Positions 26,118 through 39,052 of a DNA stretch of 64,000 bases are shown in pieces. Below the pieces are notes generated by a model that saw only the letters and a program-made list of their open reading frames with translations, was not told where the DNA came from and ran no database searches. The stretch is from Octopus sinensis (taxonomy: Eukaryota). Both the position numbers and the translations under genes were made by a program. Each line of letters starts with the position of its first letter. The first letter of the stretch is position 1. The DNA is taken from assembly GCF_006345805.1 (NCBI RefSeq), contig NC_043000.1, positions 95,480,001 through 95,544,000 of the forward strand. The letters are read 5' to 3'.

Positions 26118-27510
26118 TAGTTTTATTTTTTATAGCGTGCTTTCACTTCACTACCGAGCGCAGCTCTGTGTGCCTTGGGTATGTGCTGTGATTTGTTGTG
26201 ATGCTCTGATGGTTATTGTATGGAAAGTGTTCTGCGTAGGATGTGTGCAGTGCCTAGTAGTGCAATTTTCTGTATGTTATATGTGTTTGTAAGTCCTGGT
26301 GTTTTGGTTATGTATTTGTCTGAATATTTTTTTATCATGCCTAATGCACCTACTATGATAGGAATTGTTTCTGTTTTCAGGTTCCACATTCTAGTTACCT
26401 CTATTTCCAGGTCTTTGTATTTTGAGAGTTTCTCCATTTCTTTTAGAGACACGTTGTCATCTGCCGGTATTGATACATCAATTAGAAAGAAAGCATTTTT
26501 TTCTTCATGATCTCTGACAACTATATCTGGTCTGTTGGCCTTAATTTCTCTATCTGCGTGTATCGGCATATCCCACAGTATGGTTGCTTTCTCGTTTTCT
26601 GTGACCTTCTGGTGTGTGCCTATACCATTTTTTTCTGTTGTTATTCCATAATGTTGGCATAGCTTCCAATGTATGTAGGTTCCAACTCTGTCATGTTGTG
26701 AATATATTCCTTCTTAGCCAGGACTGGGCAGCTAGAGATAATATGATTTATTGTTTCTTGTCCATCTCCACATATTCTGCAGTTACTTGTAATATTTCTT
26801 TTCATTAAATGTTTTTGGTAATTTCTGGTGGGGAGGCTTTGGTCTTGTGCTGCAATTAAAAATCCCTCTGTCTCTGCTTTGAGTCCTGAGCTTCTCAACC
26901 ATTGCTGGGATTTTCTTTGTCTATTTCTTTTGCGTTTAGTTTAGTGCAGTATTTACCATGAAGGGGCTCTTTTCTTGCCATCGTTTTATCATGGCTCGTT
27001 GCTGTTCTATTTTTAGTTTGGATTTCATTGGTTTATAGCTTTTGTTGTTTCTTCATCATCTTCTTCTCTTTGTGTTTATTAGGTGGTATGTTCTTGTTTG
27101 TATTTGTCAGCTTCCTTAAATACTGAGAACAGTTTTTTGTTTTGCTCGTGTTTTGCTGCTATCTGGATCAGCTTTCCTTCCTCTGAAGTAGGTATTTTTG
27201 CAGTCCTATGGTGGTTTTTTTATAGTAGTTTTCCAGCTGTATAAGGCCTCTACCACCTTCTATACGTTGTATATATAGTCTTTCTATGTCAGATTTTGGG
27301 TGATGCATCCTAGATCCTGTCAGTGTTTTTCTTGTTTTCCTATCTATTTTGGACAGTTCATTTCGTGTCCAGTTAAGGATATTGTAGCTGTAACTTATAA
27401 CTGGGACAGCTAAAGTGTTGATACCTATTATCTTGTTTTTAGCATTGAGCTCTGTTTTTAGTATTGATCTAACTCGTCTATAATATTCTTTTTTTATTTT
27501 CTCTTTCATT
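26114..27510 (-). mobile_element. R4/Dong-clade non-LTR retrotransposon, 5'-truncated (RT end, CCHC knuckle, restriction-like endonuclease)
   Basis: HPKSDIERLY..R..GGRGL; AAQDQSLPTR; CRICGDGQETINHIISSC; RPDIVV...LIDVSIP; LLGTAHILRRTL; (TAA)n on both sides. Confidence 0.92.
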
Positions 27511-27516
27511 TGTGTG

Positions 27517-27588
<72 letters not shown>

Positions 27589-27589
27589 G

Positions 27590-27735
27590 AAGACGTCGCA
27601 CAGTACCCAAAATTGTGATGTTATACATTGAAGATATTGTCTGTATCGGGAATTTGAACTCTCTCTCAAATCACAAGGATCTCCGCCAGACAATACCTTA
27701 CGCAGTATGCGTGCAGTTTCAAGTAAAACGCACAT
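27590..27735 (-). mobile_element. 3' end of a second R4/Dong element
   Basis: LLETARILRKVLS followed by a short UTR running into (AAT)n. Confidence 0.65.
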
Positions 27736-27954
27736 AGGCTAACCTATTTCGACACAGCTGAAATCGTTCAAGGAGAGGCAGCTGTTCTTTCTCTCTCAGA
27801 AAAGGTTTTTTTTTTGTTTCGGTTTTTTCACCACGAAACTAGCCAAGACTATATTTTTATCTCCATTAGTAAAGAAGCTACGTGCTTCCGACCAACAATG
27901 AAATCAGACTAGGTAATGATATTGTGAATGCACTTAATACGTACGTTTAAGATC

Positions 27955-28365
27955 GTGGCGAGTGGCTGTGTGGTAAGTAGCTTGCTAACCAACCACATGG
28001 TTCCGGGTTCAGTCCCACTGCGTGGCATCTTGGGCAAGTGTCTTCTGCTATAGCCCCGGGCCGACCAATGCCTTGTGAGTGGATTTGGTAGACGGAAACT
28101 GAAAGAAGCCTGTCGTATATATGTATATATATGTATGTGTGTTTGTTTGTGTGTCTGTGTTTGTCCCCCTAGCATTGCTTGACAACCGATGCTGGTGTGT
28201 TTATGTCCCCGTCACTTAGCGGTTCGGCAAAAGAGGCCGATAGAATAAGTACTGGGCTTACAAAAAGAATAAGTCCCGGGGTCGATTTGCTCGACTAAAG
28301 GCGGTGCTCCAGCATGGCCGCAGTCAAATGACTGAAACAAGTAAAAGTAAAGTAAAAGTAAGTAA
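27955..28365 (+). mobile_element. SINE family A, full length
   Basis: As for 3210-3605. Confidence 0.88.
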
Positions 28366-28494
28366 GTAATAAAGACATTCGGTTTTACGCAAGATCTTAC
28401 TTAAGACATTTCAAAATATTTTGAAATGACTTAACTGAGGAAGATCTTGCGTAAGAGGCGTGTGTGTGCGTGTATGTGTGTAGATGGATATATA

Positions 28495-28516
28495 GATAGA
28501 CAGACAGACAGACAGT

Positions 28517-28552
<36 letters not shown>

Positions 28553-28561
28553 GATAGATAG

Positions 28562-28618
<57 letters not shown>

Positions 28619-28625
28619 GGATAGA
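28495..28625. repeat. (GACA)n/(GATA)n microsatellite
   Basis: Direct observation; another (GATA)n array lies at 33380-33475. Confidence 0.95.
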
Positions 28626-29081
28626 TACTGATACCCATTTGGAGACTGATGAGGGGAGCGTATATTTGATATGCTTGTTAGTGATTTTTTTATGTCTTGA
28701 GCTTTCGTCTGTCTGAGTTGTCCTTTATTCTCATAAAGCTGAAAGTGTTTGTGGATTGAATTCATGGCTTATGGTGATTATTTTTATTGATATTGGTTGA
28801 TTTGTTTGATAGACAATCTTATTAGAATTGGATAAAGTTTAGATATTGGTGTCTAGTTTTGAAAGGTTCTGTGGCATATAGATATATATATATATATATT
28901 TACATGTATGTGTATGTATATTTTGAGGTGAGTCGAAATGTTTGCAATATTTGCATACGTGCTATTTTGTGGGCTGCCTATATATCACGTGACTGAAGCA
29001 GTTCAAACCGTAGAAGATACCCACTGAAGTTTGTTCACTGACACGTTGTGCATTGCTTCACTACGTATCTATCTAGGATGT

Positions 29082-29460
29082 GGAGGCGCAATGGCCCAGT
29101 GGTTAGGGCAGCGGACTCGCGGTCATAGGATCGCGGTTTCGATTCCCAGACCGGGCGTTGTGAGTGTTTATTGAGCCAAAACACCTAAAGCTCCACGAGG
29201 CTCCGGCAGGGGATGGTGGTGATCCCTGTTGTACTCTTTCACCACAACTTTCTCTCACTCTTCCTGCTTCTGTTGTACCTGTATTTCAAAGGGCCGGCCT
29301 TGTCACTCTCTGTGTCACGCTGAATATCCCCGAGAACTACGTTAAGGGTACACGTGTCTGTGGAGTGCTCGGCCACTTACACGTTAATTTCACGAGCAGG
29401 CTGTTCCGTTGATTCGGATCAACCGGAACCCTCGTCGTCGTAACCGACGGAGTGCTTCCA
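29082..29460 (+). mobile_element. SINE family C, full length, TSD ~tatctatcta
   Basis: tRNA-like head with A/B boxes; reverse complement of 35972-36346. Confidence 0.88.
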
Positions 29461-29539
29461 CACTATCTATCTATGGCGGTTAAAATTCCCAAGACCCATG
29501 GACGAATTCTGTCCAGCGGTCTTTCTCCTCATCATCGTT

Positions 29540-29850
29540 GCCATGTCCTGTGCCTCCTAGAGACCAGTGTCTGTCCCTAGGGCATCAACACATGTCATCC
29601 TCGGTCTCCCCCTTCTAGTGTGTCCATGTAAAAGCGCCCACAGGAGCACTGAGTGCAGTATTAACTCTGAATGACGGTGAGCCTGTCCAGCTAACCTCAG
29701 TCTCCTCTGTGTTATTTTCGAGCAAATTATTGGGAGACTCTCGTATAGCTCTAAGTTCTTCATCCTCAGTGTATACTGATTAATGTTCAGATCCATCCTC
29801 AGCATTCTCGTGTAGCACCCATCCACCATCTGAGTGATAAACGTGCAACG
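29540..29850 (-). mobile_element. RTE LINE C-terminal fragment
   Basis: DGCYTRMLRM...RRLRLAG...HGHTRRGRPRMT. Confidence 0.8.
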
Positions 29851-29899
29851 TAGTCTAATTCGCGAACTTACCCTTTACGAGTTCTAACAAGACCATAAT

Positions 29900-30530
29900 G
29901 CCGCGGAGCCAACTAAAAGTATTTGTTGCACGAAAGGTGAAGGCGCAGTTGGTCCCATGACAATAGCAAGATGGTTCGAGAAATTTCACTCAAGTTGCAA
30001 GAACCTTGACGATCAGACAAGGCAAGGTAAGCCTAAAACTGTGGATTCTGAGGCAGTGTTTCAGGCGATAGAGGTAAATCCGGAAAGTAGCTCTCGGAGA
30101 GTATCAGGGGCGCTCGGCATCTTATGGATTGTGCGGCAAAAATACTCGGCATTGGTTAACAGAAAGCTAGCTCTTCTGCACTAAGACAACGCAATACCTT
30201 ATATTGCTCGTACGACCCTGAATAAACTCCAGGAACTTGAGGGAATCGAACTGGTGCTATATACAGCATGTAGTCCGGACATAACTCCCTCGGATTATTT
30301 TTGTTCCGACACTTGGCTCGCTTCTTGTGCTCAAGACGCTTCATCAACAGAGAGAAGGTGGAAACTTTTGTGAAGGAGTTCTTCGCTTCGAAGAACAAGA
30401 ACTGGTATCAGTGGGAATCAAAGAACTGGCAGAAAGGTTGTTTCAGGTGATGCAACATTATGGCTTCTACTTTGAATGGTAGGCTGCTTTTGTTGTAATT
30501 TGACAAATAAATCAAATAAAGTTACCAAAA
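29900..30530 (+). mobile_element. mariner-type transposase relic with an internal deletion
   Basis: RWFEKF...LDD..R.GKP (HTH region); LLH*DNA.P; CSPDITPSDYFLF; WYQWGIKELAER. Confidence 0.85.
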
Positions 30531-30615
30531 CTCTGCAAATGTTTTAACTCAACACAACTCACGCACACACATACACATTCAAACATGCACACACACGCAC
30601 ACACACACACACACA

Positions 30616-30688
<73 letters not shown>

Positions 30689-31139
30689 ACACCTCGGAAA
30701 TCTGAAAGAGTGTTTCTAATTATTTGTTCTAATTTATAATTAAGTTACACTCACCGTTGGGAAAACTGAATTTATTTCAAATTTTGTAAAAAGTTTTCAT
30801 TTCACATTTTTTATTATTATTGATTATATGTATAAATCAATTTTGTTTTTAAATTAATTTAATTTTGAATATAATTGCAATAACTAGAACAATTAATTGC
30901 TTTTAAAAATAAAAAGTAAAGCTGATAATTATTTTAACTAATTATTTTAGATATTATTTAATTATTTCAAAGTTCATCAATTTGATCTTTAGTTCCAAAT
31001 TCTTTAGACAATGCTATGACAGTACAGAGGTTTTCAACTATATCTATTGAAAACTAGCGCCACATATCGTATAATTTGACATAAATATCTTTATTTCTAT
31101 TTTGAAGTATAAGTTTATAGATTTTCATATGTTGTTTCA

Positions 31140-31480
31140 TTATGCTAAAGATATCTAGCATTTTGTTTCATAGTTGAGGCTGTTTAAAATGCAACACTCG
31201 AATTTCTTTCTCTTTCGTTATGTTAAAGATCTCAATTGTGTTTTCGCTCGTTCAATAGTTAGGTTTATTGAACCTAGTTAAGGTTGTTTACAGCACAACA
31301 CTCGAATTTCGTTTTGTTTCGTTATGTTAAAGATTTCGATTCTGTCTTCATTCTTCCGTAGTGTAGCTTATTTATCTGAATTGAGGTTGTTTAAAGTGCA
31401 ACACCCGCATTTCATTGTTTTGTTGCATCAAAACTTCGATTATGCCTACGTTCGGTCAATAGTTAAGCTTATTAAATCGT
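31140..31480. repeat. Degenerate ~103-bp tandem repeat (about 3 units)
   Basis: Unit core g/attgaggttgtttaaa..gcaacactcgaatttc...ttcgttatgttaaagat at ~31173, ~31277 and ~31380. Confidence 0.75.
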
Positions 31481-32084
31481 TACGAGTGGAATATTATTAC
31501 GGTTAGTGATACAGAGCCCGGCAACATAAAACCTCCTACATGTATTTTATATACATAATTATCTGCAATGTTACATGTTTTGCTGTAACATTACCTCAAA
31601 ACTATGGGAGAAAAACTCTCCATGTTTTTTTTTTTTACGCCATTGGTGTGGCTCTAGAAAATTTAGGCATATGATAGTGGTGTCTTCAAGTAATCAATGT
31701 AAAGGGTGTTTGTTGTTTGTTTTGCTTTTGTTGCATCAGGTTTTTTATATAAAAATATCTATATACAAACTTAATACACTGATATGATCTTTATGCAAAC
31801 CTTTTCCATGAAATCAATAAAATTTAGCATTATAAGTCAACATAATTTTAATGTAGTTTTTTAAAACGTTTTTATTTTGGGTCCTATTTTCTTACTCAAC
31901 TTTCACTTTTACCGCATTAAATTATGTAAATGTAAGCACAATACGTTTAGACTTTGTGTATGATCATGTTCATCCGTTGGAATAACGAAGACAATCTACT
32001 CGCTCTTTAAAATGACAGATGATTTGCGTGATGATTTTGCTTAAGGTGAAGAAAAAAAGGTAAAGTTACCTTCTCGAATCCCGG

Positions 32085-32294
32085 CCGGTTCCCTGGTTTC
32101 ATGGCGTATATATTCCCCCACCTGGGTGGGACGCCGGTTTGTTGCAGGATTACTCATTTTTGCCAGCTGAATGAACTGGAGCAACGTGAAATGAAGTGTT
32201 TTGATCAAGAACACGCGTCGCCCGGTCCAGGAATCGAAACCACAGTCTTATGATCACGAGTCCAACACCCTACCCACTAAGCCACGCGCCTCCA
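32085..32294 (-). mobile_element. SINE family D
   Basis: Reverse complement of the ggaggcgcgtggcttagtgg head; similar to 37596. Confidence 0.8.
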
Positions 32295-33379
32295 CAAAAG
32301 TGAAAAAGAAACCAAATCAAAACGACTGGGAATGAAGTCGGATGCAACAGATGACCAAGATGTCTCGTCACATCTTGCTCTCTGCACTCCACAATGCGTT
32401 GCTGCGGCCGCTTTCTCCTACGTAGGACTATGGCAGTTTCTTCCGCGGAATGAGCCGGATCCAGTCTTCATGTGTATAGGCAGGCAAGCCGTAACCCATA
32501 GCTAGGACCCTGATAGGTGTTACTACTCCGGGTCAGAGTAGACCGGGGAACAAAGGTGGTTAAGAAGTCATTCCACACACCCCAAAACTTTTAAATCCTC
32601 GAACCAGAATTCCACTACTGAATTCAGTTTATACATAACTATGTGAATGATTTTGGATATGGTAAAGTAATTTGAAGGAATCCTTTAATTTCCCGGGGAG
32701 TTTATGTCACCTCTATTGCATCTCATGATTCTCTGGTCCTCGGCATGGATGTACACCCTCTTAAGGTGCTCTATGCTAGAAGACACTGTCTTCAGCGATC
32801 ACCAATAGACGAACATAACTTTAAGCATCTTCTTCGGCTTTCTTCTTTATTTATTTCTCTCTTCATTTATTTATTTATTTATTTATTTATTTGATAGTTG
32901 CTAAGCTAACCTCAAATTAGATCTTGATACTGAGAATTTCACCGATTTTAAGATGGGCTATAATAAATTTTGTAATTAATGTCTGATTGCAGAATGTGTG
33001 ACAGGAACGAACCAACTGCCTTAAGAAGAAATAGCTTTCTCATTCAAAAACAGTCACGATATTTAATTGAGACTTCACTCTAAACATTGGAAATACTTGC
33101 GACTAATTAAGCCAGTAATTACATTCTGTCATAAAAACAATGATGTCTTTGTTTGTATGTATGTATTTATGTATGTATGTATGTATGTGTGTGTATGTAT
33201 TGTTGAATTACGAGTAAACAGGAATTACATAATCAGCTTCATTGGCTTACAGCTGTTTTTGTTATAAGAAACAATGCACTCGGAGCTGAGTGCTTGTCCA
33301 ACATCTTATAGCATCATCGGAGTCACCGTATTCGAACAACTGGTTATTAGTATCGCCATGCCTAAGTGAAATTACGGTG

Positions 33380-33474
<95 letters not shown>

Positions 33475-33609
33475 GCAGGATCGAAGGTAAAGAGAAAGAA
33501 AAGGGAACAATGAAATACATAAATCAGAATTAGGTCCCTAGATCCATGAGACCCTTAGACAACTACCTAGTTTCCCTTTGCTTTAAGACGTTCGTCCTTG
33601 TAGGTGGTT

Positions 33610-33945
33610 GTTATTTGCATTTGTATTTGTGTACTATTTCTCGTTTTTTTCGTCCTTGTTTTCGTATACATTTGCTATTTTCTTCCGAAGAATCTAATGC
33701 TCTTGTTTTTTTTTCTTAGTTTTTTTTTCTTTGGGCTGGCCAGATTAGCGCAATCTCGAATATAACCAGCCGAAATTGCAAAGATAATCTGGAACTCGAC
33801 TGAGGAAAGAAAACTTCGAATGACCCGTCCGTGTTTTTCCTTGTCCCTCTTTTGTATCATGTCTGGATATTTTGTTGTCCCTTTTTTGTATCATCAAAGT
33901 TGTCTGGATGTTTTGCGTTCCTGTCCCATTTTTTTGTATTCCTTT
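33610..33945 (+). mobile_element. Colinear copy of the non-coding repeat seen at 15125-15460
   Basis: Shared ttatttgcatttgtatttgtgtac...ataaccagccgaaattgcaaagataatctggaactcgactgagg sequence. Confidence 0.75.
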
Positions 33946-34021
33946 ATATATATATTATATATATCTAATATATATATATATATAATATAATATATATATA
34001 TATATATACATATATATATAC

Positions 34022-34064
<43 letters not shown>

Positions 34065-34239
34065 ATATATTAATTATATACTATTTATTTATTATTTTAT
34101 ACTTTATTTAGTTCTAGGTAAATGTTTTTATCGTATATTTTATTTTTTCTATATGGTAGGATTTAATTACATCATGTTGAATTGCTACATGGTGGTTCTT
34201 CTCTAATTTATATACATACACACACACACGCATATATAT

Positions 34240-34308
<69 letters not shown>

Positions 34309-34385
34309 TATATATATGTAGGTCCCGGGTTGATTCGGGTTAACCACAGTAAATAAGGGTACTCAATAATAGCAGAGTAAAATTA

Positions 34386-34715
34386 ATTTATTATATAGAA
34401 GGAGCTTCTACAGGACTAGAACTGTTTCATTCAAGAGAAATCATCAGGAAGCTAGTTAACAAGAATTGTATTGGCATTTATACATTTAGCAGGTTTAAAG
34501 GGGTGGTGGTGGGGGACTTTTTGGGGGTAGGCATAGCGCCAAAAAATCTCATTTTTTGCGCTATGCCTACCCCCAAAAAAGTCCCCCACCACCACCCCTT
34601 TAAACCTGCCTAAATGTATAAATGCCACAATACAATTCTTGTTAACTAGCTTCCTGATGATTCTCTTGAATGAAAACAGTTCTAGTCCTGTAGAAGCTCC
34701 TTCTATATAATAAAT
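34386..34715. repeat. ~330-bp fold-back palindrome with a hammerhead-like motif in each arm
   Basis: Arms of ~155 bp centred near 34548. Confidence 0.93.
34404..34452 (-). ncRNA. Type I hammerhead-like motif (mirror copy at 34649-34697 on +)
   Basis: Reverse complement: GCUUC-CUGAUGA-UUUCUCUUGAAU-GAA-ACAG uucuaguc CUGU-A/GAAGC. Stems I and III are perfect; stem II opens with U.U. Confidence 0.6.
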
Positions 34716-34717
34716 AA

Positions 34718-34758
<41 letters not shown>

Positions 34759-34826
34759 ATATATATAACATACATACTTTATATATATATACCATACATA
34801 CTTATATATTATTATATAGATATATC

Positions 34827-34866
<40 letters not shown>

Positions 34867-35099
34867 ATAGATATATATATATATATATATATCTATATAT
34901 ATATATATCTATAGTATGTATGTATGTAGCATGTAGTGTACAAACAAGTATGTAAATACATAGTGAACCTAATAGAAATGAAAGTATATATATATATATA
35001 CAAAGTGAAAGTATTAATAGCGAAACCTATTAAAAGTGGAAGTAATAATCTCACATTGCTATAGAGATGTTATTGTTTCACTTTTGACGCGTAATACTG

Positions 35100-35293
35100 A
35101 AACAGTCTAAGAGATATGTGATTGCTCTGAGCTCGCATTAGGCAAGAAGTTGAACAATTTTTTGGTCCATGACACTGCATGAACCTTAAGTAAGGCATGT
35201 GTAAAATTTGAATGAAAGCGGTTGGGTAGTTCTCGACTTATAGTGATGCACACATAGAGACACATTCTCAGTTTATATATATATTATAGAGAT
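35100..35293 (+). mobile_element. Helitron/DINE-like non-autonomous 3' end
   Basis: aaatttgaatgaaagcggttgggtagttctcgacttatag...cattctcagtttatatatatattatagagat terminus; family assigned from recalled similarity. Confidence 0.5.
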
Positions 35294-35467
35294 ATATATA
35301 TATATATATATTTACGACAGGCTTCTTTCAGTTTCCGTCAACCAAATCCACTGTCGCATCTTTGGTCGGCACGGGGTTATAGTTGAGACATTTGCCCAAG
35401 GTGTCATGCAGTGGGACTGTACTCGGAACCATATATATATATATTTATTATTATTTGTTTATTTGTG

Positions 35468-35511
<44 letters not shown>

Positions 35512-35971
35512 ATATATATATATGGCAGGTGGTAAAGGCGCATGGCCTAGTAGTTAGGATGTTTCACACAAGGCCGAAGTTTCCATTCCTGGACCAGGCT
35601 TTGCGTTGTTATTGAGGAAAACACTTCTTTTCACGTTGCTCTGCGATCATCTCGACATCTGACGTATTGCACACACTGCACTTGTACAGCAATATCGATC
35701 TGATTGAGGGAATGAGCTAATGTACATCTCAGTCGTTTGATCACAATAAACCAATCACCCTCTTTCTTCTTAGTGCATATTTACATATTTAATTTTAATT
35801 ATGCTTTTAATAATTTATGCTTGAACTAAGTTAAAACCTATTGTTTTTCGAGTGGACGTAACCTTCAGATCAATTAATATACTGAGTTTGCATTTGAAGC
35901 TCAACAGTGAATTAGTGTAGTGTGATTTCGAATATAGTGAAGAAGCGTGTCTAAGCGGTTAGGGTATTGGG

Positions 35972-36346
35972 GAAGCACTCCGTCGGTTACGACGATGAGG
36001 GTTCCGGTTGATCCGAATCAACGGAACAGCCTGCTCGTGAAATTAACGTGTAAGTTGCTGAACACTCCACAGACACGTGCACCCTTAACGTAGTTCTCGG
36101 GGATATTCAGCGTGACACAGAGAGTGACAAGGCCGGCCCATTGAAACAGGAACAGGAAGTAAGAGTGAGAGAAAGTTGTGGTGAAAGAGTACAGCAGGGA
36201 TCACCACCATCCCCTGCCGGAGCCTCGTGGAGCTTTTTTAGGTGTTTTCGCTCAATAAACACTCACAACGCCCAGTCTGGAAATCGAAACCGCGATCCTA
36301 TGACCACGAGTCCGCTGCCCTAACCACTGGGCCATTGCGCCTCCAT
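35972..36346 (-). mobile_element. SINE family C inserted into the head of a SINE family D copy (35940-36640)
   Basis: 15-bp TSD ggttagggtattggg at 35957-35971 and 36347-36361. Confidence 0.9.
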
Positions 36347-36699
36347 GGTTAGGGTATTGGGCTCACGATCGTAAGGTAGTGAGTTCAATACCTGGCGACA
36401 TATTGTCTTCTTGGGCAAGACACTTTATTTCACGTTGCTCCAGTCCACTCAGCTGACAAAAAAGTGAGTAGTACCTGTATTTCAAAGGGCTAGACTTGTC
36501 ACACTCTGTGTCACGTTGAATCTCCCTTAGAAGTGCGTTAATGGTATGCGTGATTGCGAAGTACTCAGCCTCTTGCACGTGATTTTCATGAATATACTGT
36601 TTCGTTGATCGGATCAACTGGAACCCTCATCGTAACCGATAGAGTGTCAATTAGTCAATTTAGAATACACAACCAAGGTTAAGAAATAAAAATTATTAT

Positions 36700-36802
36700 T
36701 ATTCAGTGTTTTTTTTTTTTATATTGTGCTTTCACTTCAGTACCGAGCGCAGCTCTGTGCCTTGGGTATGTGCTGTGTTTATTATTATTATTATTATTAT
36801 CA

Positions 36803-36858
<56 letters not shown>

Positions 36859-37015
36859 TATATTTGACTTTTGCTTTACATTTGTACAAATTGGCTCCAA
36901 GTCTCACCCAGAGACCTCAAGAGACAACAAGCTGGAAGTTCCTGTTGGTGTTATGCCTAGGGTGCCATATATTTGGTTTTGTACTTAGTGTTGTACTAGT
37001 GAATGTTTAAGAATT
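36700..37015 (-). mobile_element. Very short R4/Dong 3'-UTR fragment(s) within (TAT)n
   Basis: gtgctttcacttcagtaccgagcgcagctctgtgccttgggtatgtgctgtg matches 26137-26190; a second insert of unassigned family lies at 36855-37015. Confidence 0.7.
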
Positions 37016-37016
37016 A

Positions 37017-37065
<49 letters not shown>

Positions 37066-37595
37066 CATCATCATCATCCACATCATTATTATTATTTACT
37101 GTCTTTCATCATCTTTTGGTGATATAGCTAAACAAAAACAAAAGTTATTTACTCTTTTACATATTTCAATCATTTGGCTGTGTCCATGCTGGAGCAATGC
37201 CTTGATGGTTTTATTCGAATGAATCGATCTCAGTACTCTTTTAAAGTCTGGTACTTGTGCTGTCACTCTGGTTTGCCGAACCGCCATCTTACTGAGACAT
37301 TGGGACGTAAACAATCCAACACTGGTTGTCAAGCAGTGGTAGCACAAACACAAAGTTACGCACATACAGACACACATATATGTGTATACGTACGTATACA
37401 TACACGCACGCGCGCGCGTATGTGTGTGATGTAGTGTAGTGTAATATATGAATTCATAGAATCGTATGACTCTCAGAGAAAGCTCCTCTAAAGGACTCGG
37501 CTAACAGTCTACATGGAACAATGCAGAGTTCCATGCAGCTTAAAATCCAAAAGATCTGATCACTAAAATTAATTCATGAGGAATACATAAACTGT

Positions 37596-37845
37596 GGAGG
37601 CGCGTGGCGTAGTGGTTAGGGTGTCAGCATCATGATCGTAAGATTGCGGTTTCGATTCCTGGACCGAGCGACGCGTTGCGTTCTTGACCAAAACACTTCA
37701 TTTCACGTTGCTCCAGTCCACTTAGCTAGCAAAAATTAGTAACGCTGTAATGGACTGGCGTCCCGTCCAGCTGGGGAACACATACTACATTGAAACAGGG
37801 AAACCGGGCCCATGAGCCTGGTTAGGCTTTAAAAGGGCGAAAAAA
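37596..37845 (+). mobile_element. SINE family D
   Basis: tRNA-like head ggaggcgcgtggcgtagtggttaggg...gtttcgattcctgg. Confidence 0.85.
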
Positions 37846-38416
37846 AATACATAAACTATAAAAAGTCAGGAGCTATGAGAGATGAATATATTTATTTAAC
37901 CACATGTATGACTGGTTGTTTGTTGTTTTAGTATGTTAATGCTCCTGTGCGTGTGCTTCTATGTAGATGCGGGCTTTGGTTTCACTAAAGTTCATTGAGC
38001 TAGAAAGTATTTTGAGCTCTGATTAGAAAATGCGATTAAAATTGAGGTCCATAAGTTTTTATAAGTAGTCTTTTGACCGCGTAACCCTATTCGAAAATAC
38101 TGTTGTTCAATACTAATTCTTACTTTAATCTTTATATTTTCAGCTATCTCTTCTCTATTTAATCTATTTATACTATATTTTTATATATACTTTCTTATAC
38201 CTTTTAAAGCTTTTTTTCTTTTCTTTTTCTTTTTTTTTTTTTTTGTATATGTTTTAACTACTTTACTTCCTCCTTTTACCCCTTCCTGTTTTGTTAACAT
38301 TAAGGATGGAGAATTCCTTGAACTTAGATCGAGCACCTTAATTGATATGAAACTACATGTCTTTATTTTTACTAACCATAACAAGCTAATTTTACCCTAA
38401 CCTCGGTTTACCATTC

Positions 38417-38491
<75 letters not shown>

Positions 38492-38514
38492 TGTGTGTGT
38501 GCATATATATATAT

Positions 38515-38915
38515 AGGCGTAGGAGTGGCTGTGTGGTAAATAGCTTGCTTACGAACAACATGGTTCCGGGTTCATTCCCACTGCGTGGCACCTTGGGCAA
38601 GTGTCTTCTACTATAGCCTTGGGCAGACCAAAGCCTTGTGAGCGGATTTGGTAGACGGAAACTGAAAGAAGCCCGTCGTATATATGTATATGTATGTGTG
38701 TGTTCGTGTATATGTTTGTGTGTTTGCGTTTGTCCCCCAACATCGCAAGACAACCGATGCTGGTGTATTTAGCGGTTCGGCAAAAGTGTACGATAGAATA
38801 AGTACTAGGCTTACAAAGAATAAGTCCTGGGGTCGATTTGCTCGACTAAATGGCAGTGCTCCAGCTGGCCGCAGTCAAATGACTGAAATAAGTAAAAGAG
38901 TAAAAGAGTAAAAAG
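38515..38915 (+). mobile_element. SINE family A
   Basis: As above. Confidence 0.88.
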
Positions 38916-38917
38916 AG

Positions 38918-38969
<52 letters not shown>

Positions 38970-39004
38970 ATATATATATGATATATATAATATATATAAT
39001 GTAT

Positions 39005-39052
<48 letters not shown>

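Noticed and set aside
29082-29155. tRNA-like sequences (also at 17561, 37596 and the SINE A/B heads)
   Set aside because: They run directly into shared SINE bodies and lack complete cloverleaves, so they are SINE heads rather than tRNA genes.
33795-33835. CUGAGGA...GAAUGAC hammerhead-like motif (mirror at ~15225-15250)
   Set aside because: No GAAA, no A15.1-U16.1 pair and no valid NUH site.
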